From the NCBI GenBank assembly GCA_963820965.1, contig CAWGCC010000017.1:30242-94241 (forward strand): a DNA stretch of 64,000 bases. The letters run 5' to 3'. This document shows positions 53,115 through 62,195 of the stretch, piece by piece (the stretch's first letter is position 1; every line of letters starts with the position of its first letter). Made by a program: the position numbers and the translations under genes. The DNA is from an uncultured beta proteobacterium (GTDB lineage Bacteria > Pseudomonadota > Gammaproteobacteria > Burkholderiales > SG8-39). Below the pieces are notes generated by a model. That model made no database searches and had not been told where the DNA came from. It saw only the letters and a program-made list of their open reading frames with translations.

Positions 53115-54058
53115 TGGGCAGCCTCGCCGGCATCGTCGTGTTCGGCGTCGCGGTCGCGGCGCTGCCGCTCTTCGTGAGCTCGGGTTACGTGCTGAACGCG
53201 ATCATCATGACGCTCTATGCGGCGCTCCTCGGCCAGTCCTGGAACATCCTCGGCGGCTTCGGCGGCCAGTTCTCGTTCGGACACGCCGTCTTCTTCGGCT
53301 CGGGCGCCTACGCGATGGCGGTACTGCAGGTGAAGCTCGGCTGGAACGCGTGGGCGGCGCTGCCGGTCGCGCTCGCCGCCGGCTGCACGGTCGGCGCGCT
53401 CGTCGGCGCGCTCTCGTTCCGCTACGGGCTGCGCGGCTCGTACTTTGCGCTCGTCACGCTCGCATTCGCCGAGGTGTTCCGCATCCTCGCCAACACGTTC
53501 CAGTTCACCGGCGCGGGCGTCGGCATGATGGTGCCGCTCGCGACGAGCATTGCCGATCTGCAGCCGGCGAGCCGGGCAGGCTATCTCTGGCTCATCCTCG
53601 CGCTCGTGCTGACCGGGCTGCTTGTCTCGCGGTGGCTCAAGCGCTCGCGCTACGGCGCGTGGCTCCAGGCGGTGCGCGACAACGAGGAATCCGCAGCTGC
53701 ACTCGGCGTGAACGCGTTCCGGGTGAAGCTCGCGGCAATCATGATCTCGGGCAGCCTGATGGCGGCCGGCGGCGCGTTCTACGTCCAGTATCTCCATTAC
53801 ATCGACCCGCACATCGCTTACGGCCCCGCGGTGTCGGTCGAGGCGCTGCTGGGACCGATCGTCGGCGGCATGGGCACGGTATGGGGCCCGCTCCTCGGCG
53901 CCGGCGTGCTGCATCTCCTGGGCGAGGCGACCCGCGGGCTGATGGGCCATGCGCCCGGGATCAATCTCATCGTCTACGGCGCGGTGCTGATTCTGATGGT
54001 GATGTTCCTCCCGAGCGGCATCATCGGCATATTCCGCGGGCGCTTCTCGCATGCTTGA
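53114..54058 (+). CDS. branched-chain-amino-acid-type ABC permease (LivM-like)
   Basis: This is the last 314 codons of the spurious 1115-aa ORF 50711..54058. The ATG at 53114 overlaps the LivH-like stop (TGATG). Motif LLGQSWNILGGFGGQFSFGHAVFFG. Confidence 0.85.
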   Translation: MGSLAGIVVFGVAVAALPLFVSSGYVLNAIIMTLYAALLGQSWNILGGFGGQFSFGHAVFFGSGAYAMAVLQVKLGWNAWAALPVALAAGCTVGALVGALSFRYGLRGSYFALVTLAFAEVFRILANTFQFTGAGVGMMVPLATSIADLQPASRAGYLWLILALVLTGLLVSRWLKRSRYGAWLQAVRDNEESAAALGVNAFRVKLAAIMISGSLMAAGGAFYVQYLHYIDPHIAYGPAVSVEALLGPIVGGMGTVWGPLLGAGVLHLLGEATRGLMGHAPGINLIVYGAVLILMVMFLPSGIIGIFRGRFSHA

Positions 54059-54794
54059 GGCGCGCGACCTGTCGATCAGCTTCGGCGGCCTGAAAGCCGT
54101 CGAGAGCGTGAGCCTCTCGGTCCCGCGCGGCGCGATCGTCGCGCTGATCGGCCCGAACGGCGCCGGCAAGACGACGCTCTTCAACCTCGTGTCGGGCTTC
54201 CTGAAGCCGCTCGACGGGACGGTCGCGCTCGACGGTCGCGACATCACCGGGATGCCGCCGCACCAGATCTGCCGTCTCGGCATGACGCGCACGTTCCAGG
54301 TCGTGCAGCCATTCGCGGCCCAGACCGTGCGCGAGAACATCGCGGTCGGCGCGCATCTGCATCAGCGCAAGCGCGCCGCGGCGCTCGCGCGGGCCGAGGA
54401 AGTGGCGCACCTCGTCGGTCTCGCGAGCGAGCTCGAGAAGGTCGCCCTGACTCTCACGATCGCGGGGCGCAAGCGGCTCGAGCTCGCGCGCGCGCTCGCG
54501 ACCGGGCCGAAGCTGCTGCTGCTCGACGAGGTGCTCGCGGGCCTCAACCCGCAGGAGGTCGCCGGGATGCTCCCGCTGGTGCAGGGGATCCGCGGGTCGG
54601 GGGTCACGGTACTGATGATCGAGCACGTGATGCAGGCGGTGATGAACCTAGCCGACGAAGTGTATGTGCTCAACAACGGCCGCCTCATCGCCCGGGGCCC
54701 GCCGGCCGCGATCACGAACGACCCCCAGGTGATCGAGGCCTACCTGGGTCACGGTACCGCCGAGCGCCTCCGAAAGGCGGCGACGCATGCTTGA
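54051..54794 (+). CDS. ABC transporter ATP-binding protein (LivG-like)
   Basis: Contains GPNGAGKTTLFN and LLLLDE. Confidence 0.9.
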   Translation: MLEARDLSISFGGLKAVESVSLSVPRGAIVALIGPNGAGKTTLFNLVSGFLKPLDGTVALDGRDITGMPPHQICRLGMTRTFQVVQPFAAQTVRENIAVGAHLHQRKRAAALARAEEVAHLVGLASELEKVALTLTIAGRKRLELARALATGPKLLLLDEVLAGLNPQEVAGMLPLVQGIRGSGVTVLMIEHVMQAVMNLADEVYVLNNGRLIARGPPAAITNDPQVIEAYLGHGTAERLRKAATHA

Positions 54795-55488
54795 GGTCCG
54801 CGAGCTCCGGGGCGGCTACGGCGCGGTCGAGGTCCTGCGCGGCGTGAGCCTCGGGATCGGCGCGGGCGAGATCGTCGCGGTGCTCGGCTCGAACGGCGCC
54901 GGCAAGTCGACGCTCAACAATACCCTGTGCGGGCTGCTCCCCGCCTCCGGCGGCACTGTTGCGTTCGACGGCGCCGATGTCACCCGCGCCCGCGACCGCG
55001 AGATCGTCGCCGCGGGCCTGATCCAGGTGCCCGAGGGCCGGCGGGTATTCCCCAACCTCTCGGTGCGCGAGAACCTCGAGCTCGGGAGCTACCGCCGCGG
55101 GCGGGCCGGCCGCGCGGCTAACCTCGAGCGCGTGTACGGTATCTTCCCGCGGTTGAAGGAGCGCACGGCGCAGCGGGCCGGCACGCTCTCCGGCGGCGAG
55201 CAACAGATGCTCGCGATCGGCCGGGGACTCATGTCGGAGCCGCGCCTCCTGATCCTCGATGAGCCGTCGCTCGGTCTCTCGCCGCTGCTGGTGGAGGAGA
55301 TGTTCGCGCTCGTGCAGCGGCTGAACGCCGGCGGGCTCTCGATCCTGCTCGTCGAGCAGAACGTCGGACAATCGCTCGAGATCGCGCACCGCGCGTACGT
55401 GCTCGAGAATGGGGCGATCGCGTTCCACGGCACGCCGGCCGAGCTGCTGGCGACGAGCGAGCTCAAGCGCGCCTATCTCGGAATCTGA
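54787..55488 (+). CDS. ABC transporter ATP-binding protein (LivF-like)
   Basis: Contains GSNGAGKSTLNN, LSGGEQQML and LLILDEPS. Confidence 0.9.
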   Translation: MLEVRELRGGYGAVEVLRGVSLGIGAGEIVAVLGSNGAGKSTLNNTLCGLLPASGGTVAFDGADVTRARDREIVAAGLIQVPEGRRVFPNLSVRENLELGSYRRGRAGRAANLERVYGIFPRLKERTAQRAGTLSGGEQQMLAIGRGLMSEPRLLILDEPSLGLSPLLVEEMFALVQRLNAGGLSILLVEQNVGQSLEIAHRAYVLENGAIAFHGTPAELLATSELKRAYLGI

Positions 55489-55496
55489 GACTGCAC

Positions 55497-56768
55497 ATGA
55501 GAGTCACGCCGCAGACGCTCGCGCAGAAGCTGGTCGCCCGCGCCGCCGGAAGCGCGTCGGTCACGCCGGGCGAGATCGTGACCTGCAAGGTCGATCTCGC
55601 GATGATGCACGACTCGGGCGGCCCGCGGCGGGTGAAGCCGATGCTCGAGAAGCTCGGCGCGAAGGTCTGGGACCCGGAGAAGGTGGTGGTGATCACCGAC
55701 CACTACCTGCCGGCCAACGACGCGGACTCGAGGCGCATCATCGCCACCGCGCGCGAGTGGGTGAGGGACGCCGGCGTGCGGCGGTTCCACGACGGGGTCG
55801 GCATCTGCCATGTCGTGCTGCCGGAGCAGGGCCACCTCCGGCCGGGCATGTTCGTCGTCGGCGGCGACAGCCACTCGCCGACCGGCGGCGCGTTCGGCGC
55901 CTACATGTTCGGCATCGGTGCGACCGAGATGCTGGGCGTGCTCGTCACCGGCGAGATCTGGCTCAAGGTGCCGCATACGATCCTGATCGACTGGAACGGC
56001 GCATTCGGCGACGGCGTCTCGGCGAAGGACGTCATGCTGTTCCTCTGCGGCCGCTTCGGCATGGACGGCGGACAGTACCAGGCGGTCGAGTACGCCGGAC
56101 CCGCGATCGCCCGGCTCGGCATGCAGGAACGGATGACGCTCGCGAACATGACCGCCGAGTTCGGCGGCCAGGCGGGCCTGATCGCGCCCGACGAGGTGAC
56201 CCGCGACTACCTCGCCGCGGTGGGCGTCGGCGATGTCGATGTGGCGACCTGGCGAAGCGACGACGGGGCGAGGCTCGCGGCGCATCACCGCTTCGATGCC
56301 GCAAGCCTCGCGCCGCAGGTCGCCGCGCCCCACAGCCCGGCGAACAGCCAGCCCGTCGACGCGTATCGCGATGTCCGCGTCGACACCGCGTACATCGGCG
56401 CGTGCACCGGCGCGAAGCTCGCCGACCTCCGGATGGCCGCACGCGTGCTCGAAGGCAAGCGCATTGCGAATACCGTGCGGCTCCTGGTCGCGCCCGCGTC
56501 GCTCCGCGACCAGGAGACCGCCCGCGCCGAGGGCACGCTCCGCGCCCTTCTGGACGCCGGCGGGCAGCTCCTCGCGAACGCCTGCGGGATCTGTGCGGGT
56601 TACGGCGAGCTCCGCTTCGGCGAGGGCGAGGTCGCGATCTCCTCGACGGCGCGCAACTTCAGGGGTCGCATGGGCGCCACATCGTCGCAGGTCTACCTCG
56701 GCTCGCCGTACACCGTGGCCGCCGCCGCGGTGACGGGGCGGATCACCGATCCGCGGGAGCTCTTGTGA
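55497..56768 (+). CDS. aconitase-family dehydratase, large subunit (LeuC/homoaconitase-like, 423 aa type)
   Basis: Contains VDLAMMHDSGG, GGDSHSPTGGAFGA, YIGACTGAK and CGICAGYG (the three Fe-S Cys contexts). Confidence 0.8.
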   Translation: MRVTPQTLAQKLVARAAGSASVTPGEIVTCKVDLAMMHDSGGPRRVKPMLEKLGAKVWDPEKVVVITDHYLPANDADSRRIIATAREWVRDAGVRRFHDGVGICHVVLPEQGHLRPGMFVVGGDSHSPTGGAFGAYMFGIGATEMLGVLVTGEIWLKVPHTILIDWNGAFGDGVSAKDVMLFLCGRFGMDGGQYQAVEYAGPAIARLGMQERMTLANMTAEFGGQAGLIAPDEVTRDYLAAVGVGDVDVATWRSDDGARLAAHHRFDAASLAPQVAAPHSPANSQPVDAYRDVRVDTAYIGACTGAKLADLRMAARVLEGKRIANTVRLLVAPASLRDQETARAEGTLRALLDAGGQLLANACGICAGYGELRFGEGEVAISSTARNFRGRMGATSSQVYLGSPYTVAAAAVTGRITDPRELL

Positions 56769-57256
56769 GCGGCAGAGCCTGGGTCTACGGCGACGACCTG
56801 GACACCGACGTCCTCGCGCCGGGCCGCTACATGAAGTTCGCCATCGACGAGATCGCGAGACACTGCCTGGAGACGGTCGATCCGGGCTTCGCGCCTGGGG
56901 TGAAACCCGGCGACGTGATGGTCGGCGGGCGCAACTTCGGCATGGGCTCCTCGCGCGAGCAGGCCCCCGCCGCGCTCAAGCACCTCGGCGTCGTCGCGGT
57001 GATCGCCAGGAGCTTCGCCGGCCTCTTCTACCGCAACGCGTTCAATGTCGGCCTCATCGCCCTCACCTGTCCGCAGTCCGACCGCATCCGCAGTGGCGAC
57101 GCGGTCCGCATCGACGCCGCGGCCGGACGCATCGACAATCTGACCACTGGCGAGACGCTCGCGTGCGAGCCGATCGCGCCGCATCTCATGACGCTGGTGC
57201 GGGACGGCGGTCTGCTCGCGCAGCTCGAGAAGCGGCTCGCGAAGGAGCGCCCATGA
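56765..57256 (+). CDS. aconitase-family dehydratase, small subunit (LeuD-like)
   Basis: The GTG at 56765 overlaps the large-subunit stop. Contains GRAWVYGDDLDTDVLAPGRYM and GGRNFGMGSSREQAPAAL. Confidence 0.8.
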   Translation: MSGRAWVYGDDLDTDVLAPGRYMKFAIDEIARHCLETVDPGFAPGVKPGDVMVGGRNFGMGSSREQAPAALKHLGVVAVIARSFAGLFYRNAFNVGLIALTCPQSDRIRSGDAVRIDAAAGRIDNLTTGETLACEPIAPHLMTLVRDGGLLAQLEKRLAKERP

Positions 57257-58119
57257 CGCTCGGGCACCAGCTCGGCAGCGGACCCATCGTCCTCGCCCCG
57301 GGCGTGTACGACTCTTTCACCGCGATGCTCGCCGAGCGCGCGGGCTTTGCGGCGCTCTATCTCTCGGGGGCGAGCGTCGCCTACGCGCGGCTCGGCCGAC
57401 CGGACATCGGGCTCGTCACCGAGACCGAGCTCGAGGAGACGCTGTCGCGGATCACGGAGCGCGTCGCGACGCCGGTGATCGTGGATGCCGACACCGGCTT
57501 CGGCAACGCGCTCAACGTGCAGCGCACCGTGACGCGCCTGGAGCGCGCCGGCGCGACGGCGATCCAGCTCGAGGACCAGACCTCGCCGAAGCGCTGCGGC
57601 CATCTCGAGGGCAAGGCGCTCGTGACCGCGGGGGAGATGGCCGGCAAGGTGAAAGCGGCGGTCGACGCCCGCGCGAGCGCCGCGACGCTGATCGTCGCGC
57701 GCACCGACGCGGTCGCGGTCGAGGGCCTGGAACCCGCGCTCGAGCGCGCCGAAGCCTACCTCGCGGCAGGCGCCGACATTCTGTTCATCGAGGCGTTGCG
57801 CTCGGCGGCCGACATGCTCGCCGCGACGACGCGCTTCGCCGGCCGGGTGCCGCTGCTCGCCAACATGGTCGAAGGCGGCAAGACGCCTATCCTGCCGGCG
57901 GCGGAGCTCGAGCGGCTCGGCTTCGCGATCGCGATCTTCCCCGGTGGCACGGCGCGCGCCGCCGCGTTCGCGCTCGCCGAGTACTTCGCGAGCCTCAAGG
58001 CGCACGGCACAACCGCACCGTTCCGCGACCGGATGATCGATTTCGATGAGCTACAGCAACTCCTCGGCACCGCCGAGCTGCTCGCGGCGGGCAAGCGCTA
58101 CGACGGCGGCGGGCTATGA
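57253..58119 (+). CDS. isocitrate lyase/PEP mutase superfamily lyase (methylisocitrate/dimethylmalate-lyase-like)
   Basis: Start at ATG 57253. Contains VYDSFTAMLAERAGFAALYLSG, DADTGFGN and IQLEDQTSPKRCGHLEGK (the K[KR]CGH lyase signature). Confidence 0.8.
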   Translation: MTLGHQLGSGPIVLAPGVYDSFTAMLAERAGFAALYLSGASVAYARLGRPDIGLVTETELEETLSRITERVATPVIVDADTGFGNALNVQRTVTRLERAGATAIQLEDQTSPKRCGHLEGKALVTAGEMAGKVKAAVDARASAATLIVARTDAVAVEGLEPALERAEAYLAAGADILFIEALRSAADMLAATTRFAGRVPLLANMVEGGKTPILPAAELERLGFAIAIFPGGTARAAAFALAEYFASLKAHGTTAPFRDRMIDFDELQQLLGTAELLAAGKRYDGGGL

Positions 58120-58886
58120 TCGGGGCAATCCCCGTCTCCGAACCCGGCCGGATGATCAAGCCCAGCGAGCGTCCCAAGCGCATCGGCGTCGTCGTGCCGG
58201 CCGCCAACCCGACGGTCGAGCCGGAGATGCGGCGCCTGCTGCCGCCGGAGTTCGGGTTGTACGCGACCCGGCTGCCGGTGCTCTCGGGCGACCCTCAGTC
58301 GGGGGCGGCGGGGTACCCCCTTCACTACCCGTCCGCGGTGAAGAGCTTCGGTTCCCTCGCGCTCGACGCGCTCTACATCGGCGCAGCCGGTCCCAGCTAT
58401 GCGCTCGGCGAGGCGAAGGACCGCGAGCTCGCCGACTCGCTCGCGCGCACCGCCGGCACGCTGGTCGAGCTGCCGAGCCTGGCGGTCCTCGACACGCTGC
58501 GGACGATCGGGGCGCGGGCGATCGCGCTCGTTTCGCCGGATCCCGACCGGACGGTCGCGCAATCAGTCGCATATCTGCAGGGCGCCGGGATCCGGGTCGC
58601 GCAGGTCGTCAACCTGCCCGCGGGATCGAGCGCCTACGACATCACCACCGCCCAGGTCATCGCCACAGTGCGGCGAGTGAACACGCCGGGCGCCGAGGCG
58701 ATCGTGCTGGCCGGGACCGGCGTCGGGACGGTCGACGCGCTCGTCACCGCGGGCGCGGAAATGAACGTGCCGGTGCTGTCGGCGAACCTCTGCGGGGCCT
58801 GGCGCCTCCTCGACCGGCTGCAGGGCCGCCCCGGCTACGATCTCGCCCGCGCCGCGCCGTCGCTCGCCGCGCGGCTCGCCGGTTGA
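58116..58886 (+). CDS. Asp/Glu/hydantoin-racemase-fold protein (maleate-isomerase/arylmalonate-decarboxylase-like)
   Basis: 256 aa. Contains RIGVVVPAANPTVEPE, RAIALVSP and VPVLSANL. ATGA overlap with the upstream gene. Confidence 0.6.
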   Translation: MIGAIPVSEPGRMIKPSERPKRIGVVVPAANPTVEPEMRRLLPPEFGLYATRLPVLSGDPQSGAAGYPLHYPSAVKSFGSLALDALYIGAAGPSYALGEAKDRELADSLARTAGTLVELPSLAVLDTLRTIGARAIALVSPDPDRTVAQSVAYLQGAGIRVAQVVNLPAGSSAYDITTAQVIATVRRVNTPGAEAIVLAGTGVGTVDALVTAGAEMNVPVLSANLCGAWRLLDRLQGRPGYDLARAAPSLAARLAG

Positions 58887-58901
58887 CTGCGAGTCGCCCG
58901 A

Positions 58902-60383
58902 ATGACCCCGTCGCTGGATCTCATCGTCAAGAACGTCCGCGTCGTGCGGCCGAACCGCAACTCGGTCGATCTTCTCGACGTCGGGGTGAGGGACGGGAAG
59001 TTCGCGCGGCTCGCGCCCGACATTCGGCCCGAAGAAGCGAAGCAGGTGTTCGATGGCAGGGGGCTGCTTGCTTTCCCCGGCCTCGTGGACGCCCACATGC
59101 ACGTCGGCATCTACCAGCGCCTCGATCGCGATGCGCCGAGCGAGAGCAGGGCGGCGGCGATGGGCGGCGTTACGACGAGCCTCAACTACATGCGCACCGG
59201 CCAGTACTACCTGAACCGCGGCGGCTCCTACCGCGAGTTCATGCCGGAGGTGATGCGACTCTCCGAGGGCAACTTCTGGGTCGACTACGCCTATCACGTG
59301 GCGCCGATCGAGGGCCGGCACGTCGACGAGATGGAGCTGCTGCTCGAGGAGTGGGGAGTACCGTCGTACAAGATCTTCATGTTCTACGGCGGGTACGGGC
59401 TGCACGGGCGGTCCGACGCGCAGAACGAGTTCCTGATGATCGGGCCGGACGACCGCTACGACGTCGCGCACTTCGAGTTCATCATGCGCTCCGCGCGCCG
59501 GCTGATGGCGGCACGCCCCGACATCGCCGACTACATCAGCGTGAGCCTGCACTGCGAATTCGCCGACATCCTCGACGCGTACACGAAGCTCGTCGAACGC
59601 GAGGGCAAGCTCGAGGGCCTCGCCGCCTACAGCGCCGCGCGGCCGCCGCACTCCGAGGGGCTCGCGATCTGGATCGCCGCCTACCTCGCCTACGAGACCG
59701 AGTGCGTCAACATCAACCTGCTGCACCTGTCCTCGAAGAAGGCGATGGACGCCGCGCTGATGATGCAGGACCTCTTCCCGCACATCAATTTCAAGCGCGA
59801 GGTGACGGTCGGGCACCTCCTGCTCGACACCGACTGCGCGTGCGGGGTCCACGCGAAGGTGAACCCGCCGATCCGGCCGCGCGCCGACGTCGAGGCGCTG
59901 TGGGAGGCGGTGCTCGACCGCGAGGTGGACTGGATCGTGAGCGACCACGCGTGCTGCGCAACCGAGCAGAAGTACAGCCAGCAGTTTCCGAGGAACATCT
60001 GGCTCGCCAAGTCGGGCTTCGGCGGCACCGAGTACCTGCTGTCCGGCGTGCTGAGCGAGGGCGCGAAGCGCGGCATGTCGTACAACCACATGGCCGAGCT
60101 GCTCGCCTGGAACCCGGCGCGGCGCTACGGCCTCCTCGAGAAGGGTGACATCGCGCCCGGATACGACGCCGACCTCGTGCTCGTCGATCCGCACGAATCG
60201 TTCGTCGTGCGCGCGGTGGATTCGGAATCGGCGCAGGGCTACACGCCGTTCGAGGGCATGGAGCTGACCGGTCGGGTGAAGACCACCTTCCTGCGCGGTG
60301 AGCTGATCCACGACCGGGGCCGGAGCGTGGGCCCCGCGCGCGGGCGCTACATCCGCCGCCCGACGCGGCTGGCCAGCATATGA
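58902..60383 (+). CDS. cyclic amidohydrolase (hydantoinase/dihydropyrimidinase family)
   Basis: Contains LVDAHMHVG, VPSYKIFMFYG (carbamylated-Lys context), SLHCE, LLHLSS and VSDHACC. Confidence 0.8.
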   Translation: MTPSLDLIVKNVRVVRPNRNSVDLLDVGVRDGKFARLAPDIRPEEAKQVFDGRGLLAFPGLVDAHMHVGIYQRLDRDAPSESRAAAMGGVTTSLNYMRTGQYYLNRGGSYREFMPEVMRLSEGNFWVDYAYHVAPIEGRHVDEMELLLEEWGVPSYKIFMFYGGYGLHGRSDAQNEFLMIGPDDRYDVAHFEFIMRSARRLMAARPDIADYISVSLHCEFADILDAYTKLVEREGKLEGLAAYSAARPPHSEGLAIWIAAYLAYETECVNINLLHLSSKKAMDAALMMQDLFPHINFKREVTVGHLLLDTDCACGVHAKVNPPIRPRADVEALWEAVLDREVDWIVSDHACCATEQKYSQQFPRNIWLAKSGFGGTEYLLSGVLSEGAKRGMSYNHMAELLAWNPARRYGLLEKGDIAPGYDADLVLVDPHESFVVRAVDSESAQGYTPFEGMELTGRVKTTFLRGELIHDRGRSVGPARGRYIRRPTRLASI

Positions 60384-60480
60384 GCGCCGCAATCACGGAC
60401 TCTATCCGCGCTCGGCTCCCGACGCGGCGCGCTGGCTCGGGGGACTTGCAAGGAGGCCCGGCCCCCTTGTTCCCGCGCGT

Positions 60481-61071
60481 ATGACCGCGCCCACGGCCTG
60501 GTCGGAGGCGCTCTACGAGCTGCTTCTCGCCGCCGGCGTGAAGCAGGTCGCGTACGTGCCGGACGCCGGGCACAAACGGCTGATCGAGCTCGCGCACGCG
60601 AACCCGGGCCTCAAGAGCGTCGTGCTCACGACCGAGGAGGAGGGCGTCGCGCTGCTCGTCGGCGCACATCTCGGCGGCGAGCGCGGCGTGCTGCTCGTCC
60701 AGTCGAGCGGCGTCGGCAACTGCATCAACATGCTCTCGCTCGCGGCCGAATGCCGCGTGCCGCTGCTGATGCTCGTGACCATGCGCGGCGAATGGGGCGA
60801 GTTCAACCCCTGGCAGGTGACGATGGGGCAGGCGACGCCGGCCACGCTGGAGGCGATGGGCGTGATCGTCCAGCGCGCCGACGACGCGGAGCGGATCGTG
60901 GAGACGGTCCGCTCCGCAGCCGCGCTCGCCTTCGACGGCGGCCGGATGGTCGCGGTGCTGATCGGCCAGCGCGCGATCGGCGCCAAGGCATTCCGCGCAG
61001 CGGGGGAAGGGACGGCGTCCCCCGCTTCCACTCCGGGGGCAGAGAAAGGCTCCCCCGCGCCAACGCCATGA
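60481..61071 (+). CDS. TPP-dependent decarboxylase, alpha subunit (sulfopyruvate/phosphonopyruvate-decarboxylase-like)
   Basis: A TPP_enzyme_N-like sequence: VAYVPDAGHKRLIE...TTEEEGVALLVGAHLGG...LLVQSSGVGNCINMLS. Confidence 0.7.
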   Translation: MTAPTAWSEALYELLLAAGVKQVAYVPDAGHKRLIELAHANPGLKSVVLTTEEEGVALLVGAHLGGERGVLLVQSSGVGNCINMLSLAAECRVPLLMLVTMRGEWGEFNPWQVTMGQATPATLEAMGVIVQRADDAERIVETVRSAAALAFDGGRMVAVLIGQRAIGAKAFRAAGEGTASPASTPGAEKGSPAPTP

Positions 61072-61652
61072 GCGCCCTCGAGCGCCGGGCGGCGACGGCT
61101 CGACTGCTCAGCGACCGCGGTGACGCCCTCGTGATCACCGGCCTCGGCTCGACCACCTACGATGCCTACGCAGCCGGCGACTCGCCGCTCAACTTCTACT
61201 TGTGGGGCGCGATGGGCGGTGCGGCGATGGTCGGGCTCGGCCTCGCCTTGGCGCAGCCTGGCCGCCGCGTCGTCGTGATCACGGGCGACGGCGAGATGCT
61301 GATGGGCCTCGGGTCGCTGGCCACGATCGGCGCGCAGCGGCCGGCGAACCTCGCGATCGTCGTCATCGACAACGGGCTCTACGCGGAGACGGGGATGCAG
61401 GCGACGCACACTGCGCACGGCGTCGACCTCGCAGGCGTCGCGCGCGCGTGCGGCTTCGAGCACACGGCGACGGTGCGCACGCACTCCGAGCTTGATGCCC
61501 TGGCGCGTGCGGCGTACGCTGCGCCCGGTCCGCTGTTCGCGGCGATCAAGGTCTCGCCCACGCCGACCACGATCGAGCTCGCGCCGCGGGATGGGCCGTA
61601 CCTGCGGAGCCGCCTGCGCGCGGCGGTTCTCGGCGCGGACGCCGGCAGCTGA
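61068..61652 (+). CDS. TPP-dependent decarboxylase, beta subunit
   Basis: The ATG at 61068 overlaps the alpha-subunit stop. TPP-binding motif ITGDGEMLMGLGSLATIGAQRPANLAIVVIDNGLY. Confidence 0.7.
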   Translation: MSALERRAATARLLSDRGDALVITGLGSTTYDAYAAGDSPLNFYLWGAMGGAAMVGLGLALAQPGRRVVVITGDGEMLMGLGSLATIGAQRPANLAIVVIDNGLYAETGMQATHTAHGVDLAGVARACGFEHTATVRTHSELDALARAAYAAPGPLFAAIKVSPTPTTIELAPRDGPYLRSRLRAAVLGADAGS

Positions 61653-61672
61653 TTCCGGGAGCAGCCGAAAGG

Positions 61673-62131
61673 ATGACCATGGCTGACACGATACGGAAAG
61701 TGGACTACTTCTCGACGGAGGTTCCCAACACGCCGGGACAAACGTTCCGGGTGCTGTCGACGCTGGTGAGCGCGGGAATCAACCTGCTAGCTTGCACCGG
61801 CTTCCCGCGCGGTCGGCGCGCCCAGATCGATGTCGTCCCCGACGACACGCGAAAGTTCAAGGCCGCCGCCAGGAAAGCAGGGCTCAAGTTCAACCCCGAG
61901 AAGACCGGTTTCCTCATTCAGGGCGACGATCGGCCCGGGGCGCTGGCGTCGAATCTGCAGAAGCTCGCCGAGGGGCGCGTCAATGTGACGGCGGTGGACG
62001 GTCTATCCGCCGGCAAAGGGCGCTGGGGAGCCATCCTCTGGGTCAAGCCCAAGGATATCCGGAAGGCAGGCCAGCTCCTGCGCGCGAAGGCGCGGGGCGC
62101 GAAGGATGAAAGTCGGCGCAAGAGAAGCTGA
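61673..62131 (+). CDS. ACT-domain-like small protein
   Basis: 152 aa with two ACT-like halves (FSTEVPNTPGQTFRVLSTLVSAGINLL / LIQGDDRPGALASNLQKLAEGRVNV). Confidence 0.5.
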   Translation: MTMADTIRKVDYFSTEVPNTPGQTFRVLSTLVSAGINLLACTGFPRGRRAQIDVVPDDTRKFKAAARKAGLKFNPEKTGFLIQGDDRPGALASNLQKLAEGRVNVTAVDGLSAGKGRWGAILWVKPKDIRKAGQLLRAKARGAKDESRRKRS

Positions 62132-62195
62132 TGACGATGCCGCCCGGCACCGGGACTCTTGCCTTCGAGGCCGAGCGGCCGACGGTCGTCGCGGA

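Noticed and set aside
57253-61652. PEP-mutase-family gene plus a two-subunit phosphonopyruvate-decarboxylase-like enzyme, the hallmark pair of phosphonate natural-product biosynthesis.
   Set aside because: The ICL/PEPM-family protein carries EDQTSPKRCGH. That is the K[KR]CGH lyase-type signature of methylisocitrate, dimethylmalate or oxaloacetate-cleaving members. It does not have the EDKxxxxxNS motif diagnostic of true PEP mutases. The context (hydratase, amidohydrolase, importer) is catabolic.
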